Notes under the pieces: model-generated
Seen by the model: only the letters and a program-made list of their open reading frames with translations
What the model was told of the DNA's origin: nothing
Databases searched by the model: none
Origin: a bacterium
GTDB taxonomy: Bacteria; Patescibacteriota; CPR2; UBA1875; CAIMLA01
Direction: 5' to 3'
Assembly (NCBI GenBank): GCA_037129835.1
Contig: JBAXUE010000006.1
Coordinates: 6,157 to 70,156, forward strand
Length of the DNA: 64,000 nt
Program-made: the position numbers and the translations under genes
Shown here: positions 39,580 through 49,254 of the stretch, piece by piece
Layout: each line of letters begins with the position of its first letter
Numbering within the stretch: the stretch's first letter is position 1

Positions 39580-40122
39580 TTATTTCTTATTAGCCCTTAG
39601 AAGATCTGGATAACCTGCGCCAATAATCTGATTCTCCTTTTTCAAACCAAGCTCTATGGCAACTTCATCTATAATAGCTCTATCTTTGCCTTCAAGCTCT
39701 AGATACTGACCCAAACCAGTGATTTCATCTAGTACAATCTCGAGGTTCTTGTAGCCTGCGATTTGTCTCTTCTTTTCGACCACAACATCTATCTGATAAT
39801 GTAATTTATCTAATATTTCTTTTATTATTTCTGGCGAAGTCACACCACTCTCCCACTCTTTGGTAAGATACTCGTCTACATATTCGTGATACTCAAAGCT
39901 GGCCCCACCTTTTGATTCACGTACCCTGAGATATAGGTTTGGATCGGGCATAATATAATAAGTATCGGTTGACTTCTTTACTTCAGAAAAATCGAATTTA
40001 GAGTGCATACTTTCGAACTGACCATTACTAATTTTGAATTTTATTTCCAACTCTTCATTCATTAAGATTCTCCTTTTATTTATATTAGTAACAGTTATTG
40101 TTCTTGAGTATTTTACAAGCAT
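39580..40122 (-). CDS. CYTH-domain protein (triphosphate tunnel metalloenzyme / class IV adenylate cyclase-like)
   Basis: N-terminal LEIKFKI (the ExExK motif), a conserved RVRE, and a C-terminal YLELE. Confidence 0.65.
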   Translation of the reverse strand: MLVKYSRTITVTNINKRRILMNEELEIKFKISNGQFESMHSKFDFSEVKKSTDTYYIMPDPNLYLRVRESKGGASFEYHEYVDEYLTKEWESGVTSPEIIKEILDKLHYQIDVVVEKKRQIAGYKNLEIVLDEITGLGQYLELEGKDRAIIDEVAIELGLKKENQIIGAGYPDLLRANKK

Positions 40123-40176
40123 TCCTACTCTATAGTGATCTAGCTAAAGCAGGAATTGTTTAAAATAAACCAGATT

Positions 40177-43071
40177 CTAGCGCCTCATACTTATTTCAAT
40201 ATCATTGTTATTTACTTGAAATTTTTTATTAATATCGCTCTCTGCTAATAGATTGGACTCAATGGTTATCGCCAATACTTCTTTTTGGATAGTTTCGCCG
40301 AATTTTTCAAATACATCTTCCATACCCCTGTAACCTACATAGATTCTATCATCAATCTCATAACCTGCTGCCTTACGTTCTTCCTGAATAATTCTGACTA
40401 TTTCACGTGCAGAACCTTCTAGTTGCAGTTCCTTACTTATCTTGAAATTGAGATCAACACTAGTTACGGGTCCGCTTTTAAATACTACTTTCTTGACGTT
40501 GACTTCCTCTCGAATAATGTCCTGGAAATCTTCGCCTATACTATAATCTGTAAGAATAATCTCACTCAGTGGTTGTCGGACTTTTACCTTGTTCGTTGCG
40601 CGCAATTGTAGAGCTTCTTTTATAATTACCCTGGTATCAGACATCTTCTCATTCAGCTTATCATCAATAAAAGATATATCGGCGACCGGGTAATCCACTA
40701 AATGAACAGATTCTTCACTAGTTAAATTTTTATAAATCTCTTCAGCGATAAAGGGAGTAAATGGCGCCATGACACATGAGAGTTTAACCAATACATAGTG
40801 CAGAGTTTGGTAGGCATCATTCTTATCATTGTCGTCTTCACTCTTCCAGAATCTTTTACGGCTACGGCGAATATACCAATTTGAAAGCTCATCAATAAAC
40901 TCCATAATTGGCTTAGTGGCGTTTGGCAAATCATAGGCAAGCATATTATCATCAACTGTTTGTATTAATTTATGCAATTTTGACATTATCCATCTATCTA
41001 ACAGATTCTCGACTTGAACTTTACCTGCGCTTGTTGGCGACCATCCATCAATATTGGCGTACATTACAAAAAAACCATAACTATTCCAAAGCGTAGCTAG
41101 CTTTCTTTGAATGTCAGAAACATCTTTGTCCGTCAGGGAAAAATCTTCGCCATTTAGAAGAGGTGAACTTAATAATAAATAACGAAGCGCATCGGCGCTG
41201 AACTTATCTAGCAAAATATTGGGGTCAGTGTAGTTTCCCAAAGACTTCGACATTTTCTTGCCATCAGAGCCAGCAATCGTCCCTGTGACAATTACATTTT
41301 CAAAAGATTCCTTCCCAAAAAGGCCTACGGAGATAACATGCATATAGTAGAACCAAGCTCGTACCTGCCCAACATATTCCGAGATAAAGTCGCCTGGGAA
41401 ATTTTCTTCAAATTTTTCCTTATTTTCGAATGGATAATGGAACTGTGCAAATGGCATACTTCCACTTTCAAACCAACAATCCAAGACTTTTTCAATTCTT
41501 TCCATTTTCACACCATCAATTTCGAAAGTGATCTTGTCAACATATGGTAAGTGATAATCTTCCAATGATACCCCTGAAAGTTCCTTCAATTCTGCATAGC
41601 TTCCGACCACTTTGGTTATTACTGTCCCGTCGGCCTTGGTGCCGCGCCAGACAGGTAATGCTGTTGCCCAAAAACGATCTCTGCTAATATTCCAATCTGG
41701 GGCTGTCTCAACTGTATTTTTAAAACGCTTTTCCTTGAAATGGGCTGGAAACCAGTTGATATTCTTGTTTGTTGCCAACATATCATTTTTCTGTCCATCA
41801 ACATTCATAAACCAACTCGGATGAGCCCGGTACATTAATTTCGTACCACATCTATGACAATGGGGATAATCATGTTGTATATATTCTATTTTCAAAGCCT
41901 TGTCTTCGGCCATAAGGGTTTTTGCAATTTCTTTATTTGCTTCCCAGATGTTTTGATCTTTCCATCTTCCATCAGTATAAATTCCGTGTTCATTCACAGG
42001 ATTTATCATTGGTATCTTTTCGATCTCTGCAATCGCGTAATCATCTTCACCAAATGCGGGTGCTATATGCACAATACCAGTTCCATCTTCTGTAGTTACA
42101 AAATCAGCACCAATTACCCTATAAGCCTTGTTGCTATGGCTCTCAAAAAGTGGTTTGTACCGCTTTCCCACCAGGTCAGAACCGCTCATTTCACCGACTA
42201 TTTCTGGTATATTTTTGCCCGTCAAGGATACATCATCTGGAGCGAATAAAAAGTCCTTTTTCTTTTCAAAGATCTCTTTTGCCAAGATAAGATACTCTGT
42301 TTTACTACTTTTATTAGTAAAACGCACCTTTACATATTTTACTTTTTCCCCCACCGCTAGAGCCATGTTAGCTACCAATGTCCATGGAGTAGTCGTCCAT
42401 GCTAAGAAAAAGGTATCTTTATCATTTTCTAGTTCGAATTTTACATATATTGAAGGGTCAGTGATAACCTTATAGCTATTGTCCATGGCTACTTCAGATT
42501 TAGATATTGGGGTAGCACATCTAGTACAATACATTAGCACCTTTTCCCCTTCATATATCTTCCCCTTTTCGTACAATTGCTTAAAAGCCCACCATACGCT
42601 CTCCATATAATCTTTATCCATGGTCTTATAAGCATTTTTAAATTCTACCCAGCGTCCGATTCTTTCAATCATGTCTTCCCATGCATCACTGCCCTGTGCC
42701 ATTTCGGTACGGCATGTTTCTATATATTTTTCTAAGCCAATCTTGGGGATATCGCGCTTGTCCTTGATGCCTAATTTTTTTTCTACTAAGTTCTCTGCGG
42801 GAAGACCATGGCAATCCCAGCCCCAACGGCGTTCGACGTGCTTACCTTTCATTGTCCAGTACCTAGGTACTGCGTCTTTAACAATAGAAGAAAGTAAAGT
42901 TCCATAGTGAGGTACACCCGTAATAAATGGTGGGCCATCATAAAAAACATAAGAATTATTCTTGTCTCTATTTTGTACTGATTTTTCGAAAATATTATTT
43001 TTATTCCAGAAAGTGATTGTTTCAGCTTCCATCTGAGAATAATTTTTCTTTAAATCTACTTTTTTAAACAT
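40177..43071 (-). CDS. ileS: Isoleucine--tRNA ligase (type 2 / eukaryote-like)
   Basis: FYDGPPFITGVPHYGT (HIGH-region variant), WDCHGLPAE, and KMSKSLGN (KMSKS). Length is 964 aa. Confidence 0.93.
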   Translation of the reverse strand: MFKKVDLKKNYSQMEAETITFWNKNNIFEKSVQNRDKNNSYVFYDGPPFITGVPHYGTLLSSIVKDAVPRYWTMKGKHVERRWGWDCHGLPAENLVEKKLGIKDKRDIPKIGLEKYIETCRTEMAQGSDAWEDMIERIGRWVEFKNAYKTMDKDYMESVWWAFKQLYEKGKIYEGEKVLMYCTRCATPISKSEVAMDNSYKVITDPSIYVKFELENDKDTFFLAWTTTPWTLVANMALAVGEKVKYVKVRFTNKSSKTEYLILAKEIFEKKKDFLFAPDDVSLTGKNIPEIVGEMSGSDLVGKRYKPLFESHSNKAYRVIGADFVTTEDGTGIVHIAPAFGEDDYAIAEIEKIPMINPVNEHGIYTDGRWKDQNIWEANKEIAKTLMAEDKALKIEYIQHDYPHCHRCGTKLMYRAHPSWFMNVDGQKNDMLATNKNINWFPAHFKEKRFKNTVETAPDWNISRDRFWATALPVWRGTKADGTVITKVVGSYAELKELSGVSLEDYHLPYVDKITFEIDGVKMERIEKVLDCWFESGSMPFAQFHYPFENKEKFEENFPGDFISEYVGQVRAWFYYMHVISVGLFGKESFENVIVTGTIAGSDGKKMSKSLGNYTDPNILLDKFSADALRYLLLSSPLLNGEDFSLTDKDVSDIQRKLATLWNSYGFFVMYANIDGWSPTSAGKVQVENLLDRWIMSKLHKLIQTVDDNMLAYDLPNATKPIMEFIDELSNWYIRRSRKRFWKSEDDNDKNDAYQTLHYVLVKLSCVMAPFTPFIAEEIYKNLTSEESVHLVDYPVADISFIDDKLNEKMSDTRVIIKEALQLRATNKVKVRQPLSEIILTDYSIGEDFQDIIREEVNVKKVVFKSGPVTSVDLNFKISKELQLEGSAREIVRIIQEERKAAGYEIDDRIYVGYRGMEDVFEKFGETIQKEVLAITIESNLLAESDINKKFQVNNNDIEISMRR

Positions 43072-43077
43072 AATATT

Positions 43078-43290
43078 ACCTTTTACTTATTAAAAAATCG
43101 CCTATAAAACAATCTTTAAGGACGATTTGAAGTCGTGGTACCACCTTATTTCCCCCGTCATATTCATGCCGAGGCTTAATTTTGGCTATTACGGGCCGTC
43201 CGGCAGATTCTACTTGCCCAATAATGGGCTTTCTTTCCACAGCATCGGGAGTGATAGTCCCTCAAACGCTTTTATGGAGTAATTATATGC
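43078..43290 (-). promoter_or_regulatory. Candidate T-box leader upstream of ileS
   Basis: On the transcribed strand, AAUAAGGUGGUACCACGAC sits ~65 nt upstream of the start and matches the T-box consensus AGGGUGGNACCGCG at 12 of 14 positions. An Ile codon (AUC) is present in the upstream stem region. Confidence 0.45.
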
Positions 43291-43857
43291 TTTTGGAGCT
43301 ATTTTGTAAAGATTATTGGTCATATTTTACGAAGATATTATATATATTATAACCTACTCGAAACACCAAACTAAATACACTTTTGCCTATTCTATCAATT
43401 GGGGCAAGCTGCGAAGCTTAAATATATTCCAATACCTATTTGTTAGCCATTACAAAATAACCGTCCCCACGCCACTTACTTCGTCAAATAGAACATACAT
43501 AATAAGCTACTTCCTGTATTTTATATATTTAACAAAAGATCTGTAATGCTGATATGTATTATTATTGCTATAATTACCGTGATATTAAGCCCAGAAACAC
43601 AGCAATCTTCGCCCCGAGAACACATTGTTACTGGCAAACGAGAATATGGGGCTCCGTTTTATTGTTTAATAAGCCTGCCTGACGGCAGGCAGGCAGTCAT
43701 CTGTGGAAACAAATATATCCACAAAGGAGCTCCCGGAAATCGACGCGTGGTCGGAATTCGGGGCAAAGCACTGGAGATCTTGGGGATGTGATTTAGCTAG
43801 GGTTCACTAGTAGGACTAGGGCTGTTCTTTATAGCCCTCGCTGTGACGGTCTGGATA

Positions 43858-43912
43858 CTTGCTCAAGTATTCTAGGTTCCAAAAAGAAGCATCGTACTGA
43901 TGCTTCTTTTAT
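43858..43912. repeat. Intergenic repeat copy B with hairpin (AAAAGAAGCATCgtactGATGCTTCTTTT)
   Basis: See copy A. Same orientation, 4.3 kb away, flanking CYTH and ileS. Confidence 0.55.
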
Positions 43913-43944
43913 ATGTTAAAATATAATAAAGAAAGGTGGTAAAT

Positions 43945-44337
43945 ATGAAAGAATTACTTCTATATATCTCAACAGTGCCGATATTTTTCGCTATCGATAT
44001 GCTCTGGATCGGAGTAATCGCAAAAGACCTATATTTCAAAACAATTCCCGGCCTTAGTCCCCAGCCAAATTGGTTCGCCGCAATAATCTTCTATCTGCTA
44101 TATATTATAGGAATTTTAATATTCGCAGTCCTACCCAACCTTGATAAGGGTTGGCAGCAAGCTCTAATCTACGGTGCTCTCTTTGGTTTTTTTGCCTATG
44201 CAACATATGATTTAACAAACTACGCAGTTATGAAATCTTGGCCGCTTTCTATTACTCTTATTGATCTAGCGTGGGGAACCACACTTACTGGTATGGTGGC
44301 AACGGCTTCATACTTTATCGGCAAAAAGATATTTTAA
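43945..44337 (+). CDS. DUF2177-like small membrane protein
   Basis: Four TM helices. The RBS AAAGGTGG sits 6 nt upstream of the ATG at 43945. The six-frame ORF begins at a GTG at 43936. Confidence 0.5.
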   Translation: MKELLLYISTVPIFFAIDMLWIGVIAKDLYFKTIPGLSPQPNWFAAIIFYLLYIIGILIFAVLPNLDKGWQQALIYGALFGFFAYATYDLTNYAVMKSWPLSITLIDLAWGTTLTGMVATASYFIGKKIF

Positions 44338-44341
44338 TATA

Positions 44342-45112
44342 ATGTTAACTTATTTATTAATAGTAGCTCTATTTGTATGGTTATATGTAACTTTTTGGTT
44401 TTTTTATGGTCAAAAATTAGCCCGTCTTGACGTCGCTGATGAAGCCTGGGGCCTAGCCCAGCCGCTAATAGTATTGATTGCCATTATATTAACGAAGAAT
44501 AGCTCACTCGACTCCCTGATCATCTTTCTATTAACAACCATATGGGGTTACCGCTTGTTTAGTCATCTTCACAAAAGACATATTAAAAGTCCCGGTGACG
44601 ATATGCGGTATGTCGAAATGAAATCGGGATGGAAAACATTTCCCAGACTAAAAGCTTATATTTATGTCTTCTTGCTTCAAGGATTTCTTATGTATCTTCT
44701 AGGCATAAGCTCAATGATACTAATTTTCTCTCAGCCCAGTCAAAATGTGTTATCGCTTATTGGAATCATAATATGGATAATAGGTATTATTTTTGAAGTA
44801 ATAGCCGATAATCAACTCAAATTATTTGTATCAAATCCCATCAATAAGGGTAAAATAATGGACACTGGATTGTGGAAATACTCCAGACATCCAAACTACT
44901 TTGGCGAAGTTATTATGTGGTGGGGAATCTTTATCTTCGTACTACTGAACACTGGCATATGGTGGGCGATAATATCTCCACTCACAATCACTTATCTTAT
45001 CGTTTTTGTATCCGGCATTCCTCTCACAGAAAAACATTTCAGTAGCAATCCTCTTTGGGAGAAATATAAGTCGAAAACTAGCGCCTTAATACCTTGGCCC
45101 AACAAGAAATAA
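44342..45112 (+). CDS. DUF1295 / isoprenylcysteine-carboxyl-methyltransferase-like membrane protein
   Basis: Multi-TM protein with the family signature KYSRHPNYFGEVIMWWGIFIF. Confidence 0.65.
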   Translation: MLTYLLIVALFVWLYVTFWFFYGQKLARLDVADEAWGLAQPLIVLIAIILTKNSSLDSLIIFLLTTIWGYRLFSHLHKRHIKSPGDDMRYVEMKSGWKTFPRLKAYIYVFLLQGFLMYLLGISSMILIFSQPSQNVLSLIGIIIWIIGIIFEVIADNQLKLFVSNPINKGKIMDTGLWKYSRHPNYFGEVIMWWGIFIFVLLNTGIWWAIISPLTITYLIVFVSGIPLTEKHFSSNPLWEKYKSKTSALIPWPNKK

Positions 45113-45616
45113 ATGGAAAAAATTGTCGTCAATGATCTTATGCAAAATAACTATTCCTACTCCCCTACTGAAACAATAGGAAATAATTTCGACGCTAGAT
45201 TCCTGCCAGAGCTTACCCCAAAAGAAATGCTCAGGCTTGGTGTTTTTGGCGGTAAATATATGACAGACTGCAGAAATGAATTCCCCGCCGACTGGTTCGA
45301 TAACGTGAAGCTATGTCATGAATTTCATGATGCAAATCTCAACTTCTTTGGTGTCAACGCTTCACAACCGCTTGCAGTTTGGCAAAAAAACGGCTGGATC
45401 TACCCAGAAGATCCTAGGGGTTGGTTTCAGTGGTATTGCCGCTATTATATGGGTCGCCGGATTACAAGCGAAGACAACAGACAAATACGTAGATGGCTAG
45501 CAATGAAAAGACATATATCACAACTTCAAATGAACTGCGTTCCTGGCGATCTATCTTGCAGAAAAAGACAAAGACAAGCACTTCTCCACTGGGCCTACGA
45601 CAGTCGTAAAATGTAA
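45113..45616 (+). CDS. Hypothetical protein
   Basis: 167-aa ORF directly abutting the upstream stop, so probably in the same operon. Confidence 0.45.
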   Translation: MEKIVVNDLMQNNYSYSPTETIGNNFDARFLPELTPKEMLRLGVFGGKYMTDCRNEFPADWFDNVKLCHEFHDANLNFFGVNASQPLAVWQKNGWIYPEDPRGWFQWYCRYYMGRRITSEDNRQIRRWLAMKRHISQLQMNCVPGDLSCRKRQRQALLHWAYDSRKM

Positions 45617-45736
45617 CCTTTGTCGAATTCCCCATATACTACACCTCGATAACTACGGCTTTGCAGTTTTTCATTTGTATGAAATATATCTACATCGTAT
45701 TATGTATAAAGCATAATACTAACAAGGAATTACAAC

Positions 45737-46798
45737 GTGGCTGAAATAAACACCCAAAACGGTAAAATAGCTGACAAGGAATCAGACAAACAATGCTACG
45801 TAAACCCAGACGATAATCATGCTTTTGCAAAAGGTGTAGAACATTTGGTCGATCCGATAAGTGTGGGTTCTCTGCACTTCATACAACAATTCAATAGATT
45901 ACTGCCAAAACCAATACAGAAGATGCTTGTAAAATCATCATCAAAAACAATCCCCTTCATGGGTTTTGTTGTAGAACCATATAGTTCCTTTCTCTTTTAT
46001 GAGATTACCGACATTGATCAGGCAAATGAATTGTTACCACCGGGCTTCAAACTCGTCAAAACTAGGGCTTTTGAAGGGGATGAACTGAAATATTACTGCA
46101 TTTTTGGTTGCTTCAGAGCTCATACAAGCGCTTTTTGGGGAGTCAGAAGCGAATTTTATATAATAGCCGAGAACGAGAAAACTGGTCTTCTCAGTTGGGT
46201 TATTGTGGATTACGATACTAATACTATCAGCTATGATGAAAAAAATGGCTTACGTGGACCAAATAGTAGCAAATCAGTAGTAACAATCAACCATCGCGGT
46301 ACTCTCTTTGTAGAGATAACCAGAGATGATGGTAGTCGCAAGCTTGCATATGACATGAACATTGAAAGAGGAAAAATGAAAAGTCTAGACCAAAGACTCT
46401 GGCTAGAAGGTAACCTCTCGATTGGATATGGTCGTAACTTATCAGATAATAATGCAGATGTTTTTTCTCTCAAATTTGAGCCATGCGAAGTAGAAAAAGC
46501 CCTCGAGATACCCGAAGACAGCTTATTACTAAAATCAAACACATGGTACCCAGGCCTATTCGCTGATAAACCGTCTCAAGTTGTTTGCTTTCCATATGCC
46601 CAACATTTTGTTTCTGATAGCCCCGGGTCTAGTAGCAACTTAAAGAATGAAGAAGAGCTAATTTCTGCGGTTAAAAAGATTAATTTCGATAATATCGAGG
46701 TTTTCTCAACCAAGTCATTCAAAACAATGTTTCTTTTGGGAATACTGGCATCGTTGACCACGACCATTATATTAATCGTCTTACTAATATTGAAATAA
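45737..46798 (+). CDS. Hypothetical protein with a C-terminal TM anchor (GTG start)
   Basis: 353 aa ending in a C-terminal hydrophobic helix, LGILASLTTTIILIVLLIL. Confidence 0.45.
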   Translation: MAEINTQNGKIADKESDKQCYVNPDDNHAFAKGVEHLVDPISVGSLHFIQQFNRLLPKPIQKMLVKSSSKTIPFMGFVVEPYSSFLFYEITDIDQANELLPPGFKLVKTRAFEGDELKYYCIFGCFRAHTSAFWGVRSEFYIIAENEKTGLLSWVIVDYDTNTISYDEKNGLRGPNSSKSVVTINHRGTLFVEITRDDGSRKLAYDMNIERGKMKSLDQRLWLEGNLSIGYGRNLSDNNADVFSLKFEPCEVEKALEIPEDSLLLKSNTWYPGLFADKPSQVVCFPYAQHFVSDSPGSSSNLKNEEELISAVKKINFDNIEVFSTKSFKTMFLLGILASLTTTIILIVLLILK

Positions 46799-46811
46799 AT
46801 AAGGAGTATTT

Positions 46812-47621
46812 ATGAATTTAGAAAATAAAACAATCTTAGTTACCGGTGCTGGGAGTGGTATAGGCAAAGAAGTAGTCCTGGCTTTACTCGAGAAAGGCGC
46901 TAAAGTAGCTGCGGTAGATATGCGCGAGGAAACTCTAGCGGAGCTAAAGAAAACTGTCGATAATGCAGACAAATTAAGCACGCATGTCGCCAACATATCA
47001 GACAAGAAAGCGGTAGAAGCTCTACCAAAAGATGTAATCAAAAATCAGGGCAACATCGACGGTATCATCAATGTGGCTGGAATCATTCAGCCATTTGTTA
47101 GAATAAATGACCTCGAATATGACGCCATAGAACGCGTAATGAATGTGAACTTCTACGGGACACTTTATATAGTGAAGTCGTTTTTACCATACCTTCTCAA
47201 ACGCCCAGAAGCTCACGTCGTGAATGTCTCGAGTATGGGCGGATTTCTCCCCGTACCTGGTCAAAGTGTCTACGGTGCTTCTAAGGCAGCGGTAAAGCTA
47301 CTTACCGAGGGATTGTATGCAGAGCTCAAAGATACTAACGTACACGTGTCTGTAGTCTTCCCAGGGGCCACTGAAACAAACATCGCAACCAACTCCGGCA
47401 TGATAATTCCTGAACCTTCAAAATCGGATACTAAACAACAAGAATTCCCGATGCTTCCAGCGAGTGAATGCGCGAAACAAATTATTAAAGGTATCGAAAA
47501 AAATAAACTTCAGATATTCACTGGCAAAGACTCAAATATGATGAATCTGCTTTATCGCCTCAACCCTGTCTTCGCTACAAATCTCATCGCCAAGCAGATG
47601 AAGTCACTTTTACCTAAATAG
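46812..47621 (+). CDS. SDR-family short-chain dehydrogenase/reductase
   Basis: TGAGSGIGKE cofactor-binding motif and the YGASKAA catalytic Tyr-x3-Lys. An RBS AAGGAG lies upstream. Confidence 0.88.
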   Translation: MNLENKTILVTGAGSGIGKEVVLALLEKGAKVAAVDMREETLAELKKTVDNADKLSTHVANISDKKAVEALPKDVIKNQGNIDGIINVAGIIQPFVRINDLEYDAIERVMNVNFYGTLYIVKSFLPYLLKRPEAHVVNVSSMGGFLPVPGQSVYGASKAAVKLLTEGLYAELKDTNVHVSVVFPGATETNIATNSGMIIPEPSKSDTKQQEFPMLPASECAKQIIKGIEKNKLQIFTGKDSNMMNLLYRLNPVFATNLIAKQMKSLLPK

Positions 47622-47645
47622 TCGAAAATAGTTTATACTGTTAAT

Positions 47646-48368
47646 ATGAAACACAAAATACTCTGGATATACATGATTCTGTCATTCATTGGTTTATCAC
47701 TTTTTTACTATTATATTCATATACAAGAGCTCGATAAAACATTTCTAACTATTTCGACTTTCGTTTTTTCTATCTTTATGGGTTTTTTCATCTCAAGACA
47801 AGATGGTCGCTACGACAAAATAAGACAAAACCTTTCACAGTTTGATGGTGATATGTCCTCAATATATCGTGCCCTGTGTCACCTAGGGCCAGACGTACAA
47901 GATCGTGCAGGAGAGATAATAAAAAGACATTATGATAATGTCATCGGTAATGATTCTTGGGACTGTCATATTATACGGGAATCAACAACAGTGACTGATC
48001 TACATGAACTCGTAGAAGATGTGGCTTCTGATAAAAAACTTTCTAATCTTCAAAATACCACCGTAATGAGAGTATTACTCGCCCTTCATGACTTACAAAT
48101 TACTAGGAAAGGATTTATTGCCAGCTATCAAGAGAGACTACCGAAAGTCCAGTGGCTCCTAGTGGATGTTCTTGCCCTAATCGTCCTTATAAATATTTCA
48201 GCAATTTTTTCACAGTATCTAGTATTTACCTCACTCCTAAAGGCCACTTTCGGCACAGCTATAGTCCTTACCTTATTGTTATTACAGCAGCTAGACAACC
48301 TTGCCTTATTTGAAGGTGCTGTAGGAGAAGACTCTGCAAAGGATGTTGTAAATATTATTAGAGAATAG
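47646..48368 (+). CDS. Hypothetical membrane protein (DUF4239-like topology)
   Basis: Two N-terminal TM helices, a soluble middle region, and two C-terminal TM helices. Confidence 0.5.
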   Translation: MKHKILWIYMILSFIGLSLFYYYIHIQELDKTFLTISTFVFSIFMGFFISRQDGRYDKIRQNLSQFDGDMSSIYRALCHLGPDVQDRAGEIIKRHYDNVIGNDSWDCHIIRESTTVTDLHELVEDVASDKKLSNLQNTTVMRVLLALHDLQITRKGFIASYQERLPKVQWLLVDVLALIVLINISAIFSQYLVFTSLLKATFGTAIVLTLLLLQQLDNLALFEGAVGEDSAKDVVNIIRE

Positions 48369-48376
48369 GAGAAAAT

Positions 48377-48556
48377 ATGGGTGGACCAGATTTTTTAGGG
48401 ACTAGTGGGTTCAACGAATTTATGCATCGTCAAAAAGATGCTGAAGAAGCAGAAGAATTATCTAAGAAGCACAACAAGGCTAAATCAGATAAATCAAAAA
48501 TCATTCAAGAGGTAGATACCGACGAAGAATCCGAAGACACCGAAGAAGACGATTAG
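48377..48556 (+). CDS. Small acidic protein (59 aa, below the ORF-track cutoff)
   Basis: ATG preceded by the RBS ataGGAGaaaat. The product is highly acidic at its C-terminus (TDEESEDTEEDD). Not in the supplied track. Confidence 0.3.
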   Translation: MGGPDFLGTSGFNEFMHRQKDAEEAEELSKKHNKAKSDKSKIIQEVDTDEESEDTEEDD

Positions 48557-48576
48557 TTCTTTTGGTAGTGCCTACA

Positions 48577-49173
48577 TTATTTGAATGAGAGAACGGCTGC
48601 TAATTGCTTGTCTGCCTCTAATGTTCCATTTATTGTTCCGCTATAGTTGGTGACAATATACCAGTTTCCACCCTTAAGTACATTTAGTTGGCCGTATTCA
48701 GGACTATAATAAGCCGAATCTCCTAAACCGCTTACATTTTCTACGCCCGTGGGCCTCTTGTCACCAAACTGATCTTTGTTTGTTGTAGCCCCTGCTTTAG
48801 TGAGAGCCGCTCTAACGAGGACATTGGTACCTTTTTTATTGCTGATACTTATCTTGCCTGCGGGATCTATCTTGGTTGTATAGACACAATCACTTACAGT
48901 CACGTCCTTTGTAGCTGCTTGAGTTGTTTGAATATTCCCCCGCTCAGCCGTATCACCTAGAATGTTCTTAGCAATATCTGCAGTCAATACTTCACAGGCA
49001 TTCACACTCCCAAGTGTACTATTGCCCGTTTTTACCTCAGTACTACTTCCGGTGCTAGTGTTGGTCACCGTGGCCCCCTTATTTGTAAAAATAAATATTG
49101 CAGTTATCCCACCGACTACGATGACTCCACCGACTAACCATATTGCGAATTTGTTCATTATTACTCCTTTCAT
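48577..49173 (-). CDS. Secreted/membrane-anchored hypothetical protein
   Basis: N-terminal TM helix and a Thr/Gly-rich mature part. Confidence 0.5.
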   Translation of the reverse strand: MKGVIMNKFAIWLVGGVIVVGGITAIFIFTNKGATVTNTSTGSSTEVKTGNSTLGSVNACEVLTADIAKNILGDTAERGNIQTTQAATKDVTVSDCVYTTKIDPAGKISISNKKGTNVLVRAALTKAGATTNKDQFGDKRPTGVENVSGLGDSAYYSPEYGQLNVLKGGNWYIVTNYSGTINGTLEADKQLAAVLSFK

Positions 49174-49254
49174 TTTGCATATTATACACCATAGTATACC
49201 ACCGACTATTCGAACCTTTAGTATTTCATGTGGGAAATATGATAATATATTCCC

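Noticed and set aside
43316-43546. 76-aa plus-strand ORF in the AT-rich stretch upstream of the ileS leader
   Set aside because: Extremely AT-rich (promoter-like) sequence with no RBS. It overlaps the region expected to hold the ileS promoter and T-box 5' portion on the opposite strand.
39501-43912. Possibility that repeat copies A and B are att sites delimiting a mobile element carrying CYTH and ileS
   Set aside because: The enclosed genes are essential housekeeping (ileS, with its T-box leader). The repeats carry terminator-type hairpins at convergent gene ends. A dispersed terminator-repeat family is more parsimonious.
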